A stretch of 64,000 bases of DNA from an uncultured Bacteroidales bacterium (lineage in GTDB: Bacteria; Bacteroidota; Bacteroidia; Bacteroidales; UBA3663), in contig CAMPAQ010000002.1 in assembly GCA_946631995.1 (NCBI GenBank), positions 98,054-162,053 of the forward strand, given 5' to 3'. The notes under the pieces are model-generated. The model saw only the letters and a list, made by a program, of their open reading frames with translations, ran no database searches and had not been told where the DNA came from. Positions 37,781 to 46,226 of the stretch are shown piece after piece. Positions within the stretch are counted from its first letter, which is position 1; every line of letters starts with the position of its first letter. A program made the position numbers and the translations under genes.

Positions 37781-37936
37781 AGATATGGATTTTTTTTAGG
37801 AGTTAATGGGAGTTAACAGAAGTTATCATTCGCATTTGCTCATTTGGTAGTTAACGGACATTTGTTTGGGTAGCCGGAACTGACGTCCGTTAACTCCCTA
37901 CTAACTCCCGTTACCTCCATTTAACTCCCTACATTG
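37781..37936 (-). repeat. intercistronic hairpin element C (GGGAGTTAA / TTAACTCCC units)
   Basis: It fills the SusC-stop to SusD-start gap. GGAGTTAATGGGAGTTAAC on the left is matched by GTTAACTCCCTACTAACTCCCGTTACCTCCATTTAACTCCC on the right. A nested perfect 10-bp pair GTTAACGGAC/GTCCGTTAAC is also present. Confidence 0.8.
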
Positions 37937-40900
37937 TTAGAACTGAATATTGCATCCGGCACTGAAGCTCTTCGAGCGCGGTGTCTGTGCATTATCGACC
38001 ACGATGCCGTAGTTGCCGTAGTTGACCTCCGGGTCGGCGCCGCTGTAGTTGGTCAGGCAGAAGACGTTGTTGCCCTGCAGGAACACCGAGATGCGCGACA
38101 GGTGCAGACGCTTGCAGACCTTCGGGTCGATGGCGTAGTTGAGGCTCGTGTAGTTGAGGCGCAGGAATGAGCCATCCTCCACAAAGCGGTCGCTGCCCAG
38201 CCAGTTGTAGCCTGCATTGTGCAGTGCGCGCGGGATTTCGGTCACGTCGCCCTCCACACGCCAGCGCCAGTTGACGGCACGGCTCTGGTTGTTGTTGTTG
38301 TACATCGACTCGGCGTTCATGCGTGCGCCGTTGATGATCTTGTTGCCGTAGCGGAAGTTGAACTGCGTGCTCCACGAGAGCGAGCCCCACGAGAGCTTGA
38401 AGCCGAAACCGCCGGTCACCTTTGGCAGTGACGAACCGATATAGACGATGTCAAGCTCGTTGATGTTGCCGTCGTGGTTCACATCTTCGTAGATGGCATC
38501 GCCGCCCTTGAACTCATACTGCGAACCGGTGCCGAACGCGAAGTACATCGGCTTGGTCTTGCCCAGCTCGTCGAGGATGGCCTCACCCTCGGCATTGCGT
38601 GCCACCGGGGCGTTCGGGCCGCTGATGCCCGGCACCTCCTCGGCCGAATAGACGCTGTACTGATAGACGCCCTTGTAGCGGAAACCGTAGATTGAACCGA
38701 ACGGAGCCTTGAGCTGGATGTGGGTCAGATATTTGCCGTTGTTGAAGTTGAACTCCTCGTTCATGCGCTCCAGGATGCTGCCGTCCATCGAGATCAGCTT
38801 GTTCTGGTTGTTGGCAAAGTTGACGTTGAGGTCGAGGTTCCACTTCTTGCCCCAGCGGATGAGGTTGTAGGTGTTGGCGTTGAACTCCCAGCCCACGTTG
38901 TCCATGCGGCCGGTGTTCTTTTTAGGCAACGTCTCGAAGCCGGACGACGACGGAATCGGATAATTGTCCATCATCAGGCTGGTGGTCATTGACTTGTAGA
39001 GGTTGATATCGGCCGTAACCTTGTTGTTGAAGAAGCCGAGGTTGGTGCCGAGGTTGTACTGCTCCTTCTCTTCCCAGCGCAGGGTGTTGAGCGCGATGTT
39101 GTTCGGATAGACGGCCTGCAGTCCCATGTAGGATGTTGTGCCGCCGTACTTGGCGTAGAAGAGTCCCTCCTTGTTCGGCTGGTTGCCGACGATGCCCCAG
39201 CCGGCACGCAGCGAGAACATTGACAGCCAGTCGTCGGTCTTGTCGAGGAATGCCTCGTCGCTGATGTTCCATCGGAGTGAGACGCCCGGGAAGTTGCCCC
39301 AGCGCGACTCTTTGCCGAACTTGCTGCTGCCGTCGCGGCGGATGGTGAAGTCGAACGAATAGCGCTCCTTGTAGGCATAGTGCACCTGACCGGTGAGGTA
39401 GATGCTGTGCCACTCCGATGCTCCGCTGTTGAACTTCTCGTCGATCAGACCGACGCCGGCCGACGATGTCATGCTGCCGTAAGGCATGTTGTAGTTGCCG
39501 TTGCCCTGCGAACGCGAGTTGCCCGATGTGAGCTGGAAACGTGCCATGGCCATCAGGTTGTGGTCGCGGTTGGGGAATATCGGCTGGAAACGGATGGTCT
39601 GCTGTGTGGTGATGGCAAACGACTTGCTTGCATCGCTCTCCGACTTGTTGCGGCTCTTGTCGTTGTAGCTGCCGATGACGAGCGACGACGGGTAGAACGA
39701 GTCTTCATAGCGGTTGAAGATCGAGAAGTTGACCTTGCCCTCGTAGGTGAGGCGCGTCGATTCGTAGTCGGTGGCCATAAGGTCGTACTTCAGGATGAAC
39801 TCCGGCTGGATGTTGAAGGTCTTCTCCAACTTCCAGGCCTCCTTGGCCAATGCCACAGGGTTCGCCAACGAGCTCTGGTCATCCTTCACCTTGAATTCGG
39901 GGCTGATGTCGCTGCTGATGTGGTAGAACTCATCGGTCGGCACACCGTCCTCATCTTCGACGTAGATGGCGAGGTTAGGCATCTTCTTGTAGGCGATGCC
40001 CAGCAGGTCGCCGTTGTTCTTGTGGTTGTTGGTGTAGGTGAAGTTGAAGTTGGTCGTCACCTTGATGCGCTCCGACAGAAAGTAGTCCAACGCCGTGCGC
40101 TCGGTGAAGCGGTCGAGCTTCTGTTCGATGATTGAGCCGGTCTGGTGGTCCCAGCCGAGCGAGAAGCGGAAGTTGGCCTTCTCGCCACCGCCCGTCACGT
40201 TGAGCGCGTGCTTCTGCTCCAGACCTGTCTGCTTGACGGCCTTGCGCCAGTCGGTGTCGTTGTTGTACTGGCGCCAGTCGGGGAATTCGGCATCCGAGTG
40301 CAGATACTGGATCTCCTTGATGTCGGCTGCATCGTCGTTGAAGTTGCGGTTGAAGTACGACTCCTTGAGGAACATCGTGTATTCGCCGCCGTGCAGCAGC
40401 TTCATGCCCTCAGGCTGGTAGGTCACGTTGGCACGATATGAGTAGTTGACTCGCGTAGCGCCGCGCGAACCGCGCTTCGTCTTGATTTCGATGACGCCGT
40501 TGGCACCCTGCGAACCCCAGATGGCCGTGGCCGATGCATCTTTCAGCACCGAGACCTCCTCGATGTCTTCAGGGTTGATCTGCAACAGTTCCGACAGCTT
40601 GTCTTCGGTGGCATTGTTGAAGTCGAAGTCCTTCTTGTAGTCCGACTCGAACACGTTGCCATCCACTACGACCAGAGGCTCGGCATTGCCGTTGATGGTC
40701 GATACGCCACGCAGACGCATCGAAGTGCCTGCACCCAGGTTACCGCTGGCAAACACGATGTCGAGGCCGGAGATTCGGCCCTGCAACGCCTCGTCGATCG
40801 AGGTTACGGTGGCAAGGTTGTCGATGTCGGCGGCCTTGATGCTCTGCATCGTGCCCGAATATTCGTTGATCGGGATGTCGAGACCCGAAGTCGAGGTCTT

Positions 40901-41254
40901 CTTCTTCTGCGACACGACGACCTCGTCGAGCGTCTGGCTCTGCTGCTTGAGCACGAGGTTGTAGCTCAGTCCCCTGATGGGGACGACGAGCGTCTGGCAG
41001 CCGATGAAGGTAATCTTCAGGCTGTCCTGCGGATTGCGTATGGCGAACGAGAAGTTGCCGTTGATGTCGGTTACGGCCGATGCCATGACGCGGTTGTCCT
41101 TGTTGAATTCGACGATGTGCGCGCCGGCAAGCACGTCAATTTCGTCCGATATGGTGCCCGAAATGACGTCGCCAGGCTTCTGGGCCCAGGCCGAAGCGGC
41201 CAGACCTGCCATTGCCATTGCGCAGACGCCTTGTGTGAAGAATCTATTTTTCAT
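37937..41254 (-). CDS. SusC/RagA-family TonB-dependent outer-membrane transporter
   Basis: 1105 aa. It has an N-terminal carboxypeptidase-regulatory-like domain, a plug (EPLVVVDGNVFE) and a C-terminal ...SFSAGCNIQF. Confidence 0.9.
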   Translation of the reverse strand: MKNRFFTQGVCAMAMAGLAASAWAQKPGDVISGTISDEIDVLAGAHIVEFNKDNRVMASAVTDINGNFSFAIRNPQDSLKITFIGCQTLVVPIRGLSYNLVLKQQSQTLDEVVVSQKKKTSTSGLDIPINEYSGTMQSIKAADIDNLATVTSIDEALQGRISGLDIVFASGNLGAGTSMRLRGVSTINGNAEPLVVVDGNVFESDYKKDFDFNNATEDKLSELLQINPEDIEEVSVLKDASATAIWGSQGANGVIEIKTKRGSRGATRVNYSYRANVTYQPEGMKLLHGGEYTMFLKESYFNRNFNDDAADIKEIQYLHSDAEFPDWRQYNNDTDWRKAVKQTGLEQKHALNVTGGGEKANFRFSLGWDHQTGSIIEQKLDRFTERTALDYFLSERIKVTTNFNFTYTNNHKNNGDLLGIAYKKMPNLAIYVEDEDGVPTDEFYHISSDISPEFKVKDDQSSLANPVALAKEAWKLEKTFNIQPEFILKYDLMATDYESTRLTYEGKVNFSIFNRYEDSFYPSSLVIGSYNDKSRNKSESDASKSFAITTQQTIRFQPIFPNRDHNLMAMARFQLTSGNSRSQGNGNYNMPYGSMTSSAGVGLIDEKFNSGASEWHSIYLTGQVHYAYKERYSFDFTIRRDGSSKFGKESRWGNFPGVSLRWNISDEAFLDKTDDWLSMFSLRAGWGIVGNQPNKEGLFYAKYGGTTSYMGLQAVYPNNIALNTLRWEEKEQYNLGTNLGFFNNKVTADINLYKSMTTSLMMDNYPIPSSSGFETLPKKNTGRMDNVGWEFNANTYNLIRWGKKWNLDLNVNFANNQNKLISMDGSILERMNEEFNFNNGKYLTHIQLKAPFGSIYGFRYKGVYQYSVYSAEEVPGISGPNAPVARNAEGEAILDELGKTKPMYFAFGTGSQYEFKGGDAIYEDVNHDGNINELDIVYIGSSLPKVTGGFGFKLSWGSLSWSTQFNFRYGNKIINGARMNAESMYNNNNQSRAVNWRWRVEGDVTEIPRALHNAGYNWLGSDRFVEDGSFLRLNYTSLNYAIDPKVCKRLHLSRISVFLQGNNVFCLTNYSGADPEVNYGNYGIVVDNAQTPRSKSFSAGCNIQF

Positions 41255-41269
41255 ATTCTGTCGGTTGTC

Positions 41270-43936
41270 TTATTTGAAAAGGAGTGGTCCGTCAATCAGG
41301 TGGATTGCTGCAAACGACGAGGCTGAAATCGTGCCCGTAATGTTGCCAGCCCCGACCAGAAGATAGTCGCGCGAGGTGAGGTTCCAGAGCGGATTGCCCT
41401 CGGCGTCGTTCTGCTGGAGCACGTGGCGCTCGTTGCCTGCAAGGTCTTTCACCATCAGGCTGGTCGGCGTGGAGTGGACCTCGACGGTGCGGAACTTCTG
41501 CGTCGTGGCATCCATGTAGGCTGTCTCGTACTTGCGGGTGAAGGTGTCGCCGATGGTCAGGTTGCCGAACTCGTCGTAGTCGGCCGCGCCGTCGTTGGCA
41601 TAGTCGAGGCCGATGAGCAGCATGTTGTCCTGGATGTGGTAGCGCAGGAAGTTCTCAAGTGTCTCTTTGGCCTGGTCGATGCGCTGTTGGAGCACGTCGT
41701 TCGGGTTGTTCTCGTTTTCTTCCTCCATCATGGCGATTTCCTCCCAAGTGTAGAGGCCGTAGGTTGCCTTGTCGGCCAGCACCTTGTTCATGCTCTCGTT
41801 GGTCGGCACGTAGATGGTGTAGTTGAAGTTGTTGAAGGTCGAGATGTTGCCCGCTGCCGAACCTGCATCGAACGTGCCGTTGCGCTTCGTCTCCTGAAGT
41901 GCCTGGCAGCCGTTGAACAGGTCGAAGAAGACCGAGAACTCGTCGTGCTGCGACATGACGTCGATCGAGCTGTTGCGCGTGGTCATGATGGGCTGGATGT
42001 CCTCCTCGCCCTCGTCGCCGTCGATGATGTAGGTCTTGCCGTTGCCGCCGCTCAGGGTCTGGTCGTAGATCTTGGTGACCTTGAGCCACTTGTTGCGGTC
42101 GCGCTGCAAAGTGCCCTGCACCTCGATGTTGCCATTCGCGCCCGGACGCACGGCAATCACGCCGCCGTTTTTGGTGCGGTAGAACTGGTGGCCGTTCTCG
42201 ACGTTGCTGCCCAAGTCCTTGTTGCCCACGATGATGTGGGTGTCGAGCAGGTCTTCAAGTCGGTCGGCAATGACGTAGGGGTCGCGCACCTCGCCAATCG
42301 AGTCGCCGATGACGTCGTTGTCCATGTCGTAGGCATAGACGGTGGCCCACACGCGCTCATCCTCGCTGATGGCCTTCTCGTTGTAGTGGAAGCGCCAGAC
42401 CTTGTTGCTCGTGCCCGGATACGACACCGGATCGTAGTAGAGCGTCAATGCCTTGTTGGTCGGGATGAAGAACGAATAGTAGCTGTCGAGCGAGTTGAGG
42501 TACGAACGGTACTCCAGACGCTGGATGGCCCAACGCCAGATGTTCATCGTCTCGTTGACGAGCGACGGGAAGCTGACGCTGATGAACGACGTCGGCGCAA
42601 AGACCTTGTTGGTCAGATAGATGGCGCCGTTGCAGGCCAGATAGACCGAATCGACGTCCTTCACCTTGATGCCCATGCGGTCCTGGTTGCTGTTCACGAT
42701 GCCGTCGAACTTCGACGGAACGGAGTTTACCCACGAGTTGAGCATTCCGTTGTTGATGAGCTCGGCCCAGATGTGGTTCGGCACGCTGTCGATTTCATGA
42801 TAGTAGTCCTTGATGATTGCACCCGAGCCGTTCCAGTATTCCTGCATGGCCTTGTCCGATGGCACAAGCATCACGCCCATGTTGCTCTGCATGGCGACGG
42901 TCTGGCTCACGGCACCCTTCTGGTCGGAATAGAAGCTGTTCCAGCCCGGGTCGAAACGCAGGTAGGAATCGACCTCCGGACCATTGTTCGGACGTGTGAT
43001 GTTGGGCTTGCCGCCGGTCGAACGCTCGGCGAAGTACTGCTTCACGAAGAGCGAGTCGATTTCGGTGCCGTACTCCAGATTGTAGGCGCGCGTGGCCTCT
43101 TCGCCGGCATAGAATGGTGCGCTGAAACGCTCCAGGATGCGGCTGTAGATTGTGGTGTTCGACTTCTTGCGCAGGATTTCGGCCATATTGTCGAGCGGCA
43201 GGAGCACGTCGTTGGTGCGGTGGATGAAGCCGTTCGGCAGTCGGAGGTTGCCCTCGGCGATGAAGGTGTTGCCCACGGTGGCATCGCCGGTCTGGCGGTC
43301 AATCTCGTTGTTGTAGAGGAAGTTGATGTCCTCGTTGGTGATGCGCTTGCTCTGCAAATAAGGTTCGATGAAGAAGAGGATTGGCTGCGCGGTCATGTCT
43401 TTCATGCACACGATCTTCTTGCCCGTGTTGCGGTAGAAATCCCAATTCGGGTTCAGTTCAGGCATCTCTTCGGGCAGGATGACCGGCACGGAGTCGTAAA
43501 CCGAGCCGGAGCCAGCGCGGCGCATTGCGTTGCCCGCAGTCGCCTCGTTCGTGCCACTGGTGCTCGAAAGGTTAAGCACTTGCAGCGAATTGTCGAGCAT
43601 CGAGCCGTAGAAGAGCATCTTCTTCTGCGCCAATGTCAACTCTTCGTAGCTTTTAACGCCCCAAGGGTTGCCCTTGAAGAACTTTTCATAAGCCTCGTCG
43701 TTGGCGGCGAGCAAAGTCTTCAGAGCAACACCGCTCAACGCTTCTTCGTAGTTGAGGTCTTTGGCCAACCTCGCGTAGTTGGTGTAGTTGTTCTCCTCAA
43801 GATACGACATCAGGTTGGAGCCGAAGTTGGGCGGGAGTTTCTCGTCCAGATCGTAGTCGTCATTGCACGACAGACACCCTGCGGCCGCAGTGGCTGCGAG
43901 CACGGCATAGAGTGTGTATTTCCGGGAATTTTTCAT
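41270..43936 (-). CDS. multi-FAS1 (fasciclin) domain lipoprotein, first gene of the PUL operon
   Basis: 888 aa with lipobox AAAGCLSC. There are about 4 FAS1-like repeats (TLLAANDEAYEKF, VMLVPSDKAMQEYW, SFFIPTNKALTLYY, TIYVPTNESMNKVL; end ..AAIHLIDGPLLFK). Confidence 0.7.
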   Translation of the reverse strand: MKNSRKYTLYAVLAATAAAGCLSCNDDYDLDEKLPPNFGSNLMSYLEENNYTNYARLAKDLNYEEALSGVALKTLLAANDEAYEKFFKGNPWGVKSYEELTLAQKKMLFYGSMLDNSLQVLNLSSTSGTNEATAGNAMRRAGSGSVYDSVPVILPEEMPELNPNWDFYRNTGKKIVCMKDMTAQPILFFIEPYLQSKRITNEDINFLYNNEIDRQTGDATVGNTFIAEGNLRLPNGFIHRTNDVLLPLDNMAEILRKKSNTTIYSRILERFSAPFYAGEEATRAYNLEYGTEIDSLFVKQYFAERSTGGKPNITRPNNGPEVDSYLRFDPGWNSFYSDQKGAVSQTVAMQSNMGVMLVPSDKAMQEYWNGSGAIIKDYYHEIDSVPNHIWAELINNGMLNSWVNSVPSKFDGIVNSNQDRMGIKVKDVDSVYLACNGAIYLTNKVFAPTSFISVSFPSLVNETMNIWRWAIQRLEYRSYLNSLDSYYSFFIPTNKALTLYYDPVSYPGTSNKVWRFHYNEKAISEDERVWATVYAYDMDNDVIGDSIGEVRDPYVIADRLEDLLDTHIIVGNKDLGSNVENGHQFYRTKNGGVIAVRPGANGNIEVQGTLQRDRNKWLKVTKIYDQTLSGGNGKTYIIDGDEGEEDIQPIMTTRNSSIDVMSQHDEFSVFFDLFNGCQALQETKRNGTFDAGSAAGNISTFNNFNYTIYVPTNESMNKVLADKATYGLYTWEEIAMMEEENENNPNDVLQQRIDQAKETLENFLRYHIQDNMLLIGLDYANDGAADYDEFGNLTIGDTFTRKYETAYMDATTQKFRTVEVHSTPTSLMVKDLAGNERHVLQQNDAEGNPLWNLTSRDYLLVGAGNITGTISASSFAAIHLIDGPLLFK

Positions 43937-43992
43937 AGGTAGTTATGTCGTTTTTCTTTGGTTTTCAGGTCAGACGGATAAGAAAATCGCTG

Positions 43993-44000
43993 CAAAAGTG
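43993..44000 (-). promoter_or_regulatory. near-consensus -7 box CACTTTTG upstream of the PUL operon
   Basis: The minus strand reads CACTTTTGCAGCGATTTTC, 57 nt upstream of the ATG at 43936. There is one mismatch to TAnnTTTG, but the downstream GCAGC(C)GA context is shared with other promoters here. Confidence 0.35.
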
Positions 44001-44207
44001 GCAATAAATTTAAAATATCCCGTTCTGATATGTAACAAAACGTATCAAATTTGAAACACACCATAAAACCCTGTTTTCAGCGCAATGTAACACACATTTT
44101 CCACAATGCGCCATTCAGCGCCCCAAAACGGCGGTTTGTTTCAATTTCAACGTCCGACGGAACCAGGCAATTTTGAGTTTGAAACATTGTGTTTTGCATT
44201 CGATACA

Positions 44208-44243
44208 TACGTTTGCCCCTTTTATTTAAATGTAATACCTTTG
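44208..44243 (+). promoter_or_regulatory. two candidate -7 boxes (TACGTTTG, TACCTTTG) upstream of the GH43-GH30 operon
   Basis: Exact TAnnTTTG matches occur at 44208-44215 and 44236-44243, which is 105-140 nt upstream of the ATG at 44349. Confidence 0.4.
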
Positions 44244-44348
44244 CGACGGACAAAAATAATCAAATCAAAAATCACGCTGAAGGCGACGGAAGGCCGCATC
44301 GCGCATCTGCTTCCCTCCAGCAAACGTAGTTCAGCAGACTTTACCTCA

Positions 44349-46169
44349 ATGAAACGTTACCTACCGCTACTCTTCCCGCTTGTACTCGCTGCCTGCTCGA
44401 CGCAGTCAGGCAACTATCCGTCGCCACAGTTCGAGTCGTTTGCCTACACCGGCCACGACGCCCGCTACGACCAGACCTTCAACCCCGAGACGCACTATCT
44501 GAACCCAATCATATCGGGCACGGCTCCCGACCCCTCAATCTGCCGCAAGGGCGATGACTACTATCTGGCCAACAGCTCGTTCGTCTATTGGCCGGGCATC
44601 CCCATCTGGCACAGCAAAGACCTCATCGACTGGGACTTCTGCGGCTACGTCATCGACCGCCCGTCGCAGGCCTTCTTCGACGACCGCTCTGGAATTGCCG
44701 GCGGCGTGTTTGCGCCCGACATCAAATATTGCGAGGCCAACCAGACGTTCTACCTCATCGTCACCATCGTTAGCGGCTCGGGCAACGTCATCTTCAAGAC
44801 CACCGACCCGCGTCAGGGCTGGAGCGAACCGATTCCGGTGCCAGAAGTGGGCGGCATCGACCCGTCGTTCCTGTTCGATGCCGACGGCAAATGTTACATC
44901 GTGAACAACGACGAGCCGGCCTACCCCGCCGAATACAGCGGACACCGCGCCATCTGGGGACGCGAATTTGACCTCAACACCGACAAGGTGTGCAGCGAGC
45001 CGGTCATGCTGCTCGACAAGGGCATTCGTCCGGCCGAAAAACCGATCTGGATCGAGGGGCCGCACCTCTATCACGTCGGCGACCAATATGCGCTGATGTC
45101 GGCCGAGGGCGGCACCGCCGAATGGCACTCCGAAGTCTGGCTGGCCGGCAAGCAGCCGCTGGGCAAGTTCAAGCCATCGGCCATAAACCCGATTCTGACG
45201 CAACGCACCATGCCGCACGACCGACAGAACCCTGTGGCCTGCGCCGGCCATGCCGACCTCTTCTGCACGGGCGATGTCAAGCCGGGCACTTTGCCCTCGG
45301 CCGACAGCGGCGAGTGGTGGAGCGTCTTCCTGGCCTGCACGACCTACGACGGCGACCAGCTCTACAACACCGGCCGGAGCACCTTCCTGCTGCCCGCCAC
45401 ATGGCAAGCCGACAAGGTGAACGGCGGTCTGCAACCTGTTATCCTGCCCGACGGCGAACCCATCCCGACCGTCTGCGTCAAGCAGGAATGGCAGCGCGAT
45501 GTGGCCGCACGCGAAGCGCTGTCGAACACCGCAAAGACCGGCAGCCTGTCCGACCCGAAAAACCTGCTACGCGGCAACGGCACGTGGAGCGACGACTTCG
45601 ATGGCGATGCGCTCTACCCGCTGTGGTTCACGCTGCGCACCCCGTCGGCCGACCAGCAGACCACCGACAAACGTCTCGCCGCATGGTATTCGCTGCACGA
45701 CGGCCGACTCCAGCTCGAACCGCGTCCGGTGCGCCTCAGCCAACAGAGCCAGCCCACGATGCTGTGCCGCTGGGTGAAGAATTCGACCTACACCGCACAG
45801 ACGCGGATGCTCTTCACGCCGCAGGACTCGCTCGCCATGGCCGGACTGACCCTTTTCCAGACCGAACATGCGCACTACGCGATTGCCAAATGCCTCGCGC
45901 CCGACGGCTCGCCCGAAGTCGTCGTCGTCAAGAGCGACAAGCAGTCGTGCGACCAGATTGTCGGCCGATGCGCCATCGACCCGGACAGCAACTCCCAGCC
46001 CATCGAGCTCCGCGCCGAGGTTGACCAGCACACCGCAAGCTTCAGCTTCTCGCTGGACGACGGCAAGACCTGGACTCCCGTGGGCGACGCTCAGGATGCC
46101 GACATCCTGACCACCAACCTCGCAGGCGGATTCACCGGATGCGTGGCCGGCCTCTTCGCCACACGGTAA
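44349..46169 (+). CDS. GH43 beta-xylosidase/alpha-L-arabinofuranosidase with C-terminal concanavalin-like domain (lipoprotein)
   Basis: I moved the start to ATG 44349 (MKRYLPLLFPLVLAAC lipoprotein signal); the 81-codon upstream extension covers the promoter region. GH43 motifs are NPIISGTAPDPSICRKGDDYYLANSSF, PIWHSKDLIDW and IEGPHLY. Confidence 0.85.
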   Translation: MKRYLPLLFPLVLAACSTQSGNYPSPQFESFAYTGHDARYDQTFNPETHYLNPIISGTAPDPSICRKGDDYYLANSSFVYWPGIPIWHSKDLIDWDFCGYVIDRPSQAFFDDRSGIAGGVFAPDIKYCEANQTFYLIVTIVSGSGNVIFKTTDPRQGWSEPIPVPEVGGIDPSFLFDADGKCYIVNNDEPAYPAEYSGHRAIWGREFDLNTDKVCSEPVMLLDKGIRPAEKPIWIEGPHLYHVGDQYALMSAEGGTAEWHSEVWLAGKQPLGKFKPSAINPILTQRTMPHDRQNPVACAGHADLFCTGDVKPGTLPSADSGEWWSVFLACTTYDGDQLYNTGRSTFLLPATWQADKVNGGLQPVILPDGEPIPTVCVKQEWQRDVAAREALSNTAKTGSLSDPKNLLRGNGTWSDDFDGDALYPLWFTLRTPSADQQTTDKRLAAWYSLHDGRLQLEPRPVRLSQQSQPTMLCRWVKNSTYTAQTRMLFTPQDSLAMAGLTLFQTEHAHYAIAKCLAPDGSPEVVVVKSDKQSCDQIVGRCAIDPDSNSQPIELRAEVDQHTASFSFSLDDGKTWTPVGDAQDADILTTNLAGGFTGCVAGLFATR

Positions 46170-46226
46170 GCCCGGCCGCACAGCCCGCTACGCGGATTTT
46201 ATCGCACCGAACAAAACACACCCAAT

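Noticed and set aside
41423-43942. 839-aa plus-strand ORF, together with similar long antisense ORFs at 49460-51973, 29979-31805, 32070-33710, 34561-36060, 15524-16864, 19966-21468, 25274-26341, 21561-22481 and 11925-12989.
   Set aside because: All lie antisense to, or out of frame within, strongly supported genes (FAS1, GH2, SusC, GH43, GH115, tcdA and others). They have arginine/alanine/glycine-rich compositions typical of GC-rich shadow frames. None has a signal peptide, a catalytic motif or its own promoter box.
44106-44348. 81-codon N-terminal extension of the GH43 ORF. There are analogous extensions at 52019-52198 for GH2, 15655-15720 for GH67 and 2675-2785 for DUF2023.
   Set aside because: The extensions run through promoter boxes or intergenic repeats. 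Each precedes an internal Met that begins a canonical signal or lipoprotein peptide, so the shorter starts were used.
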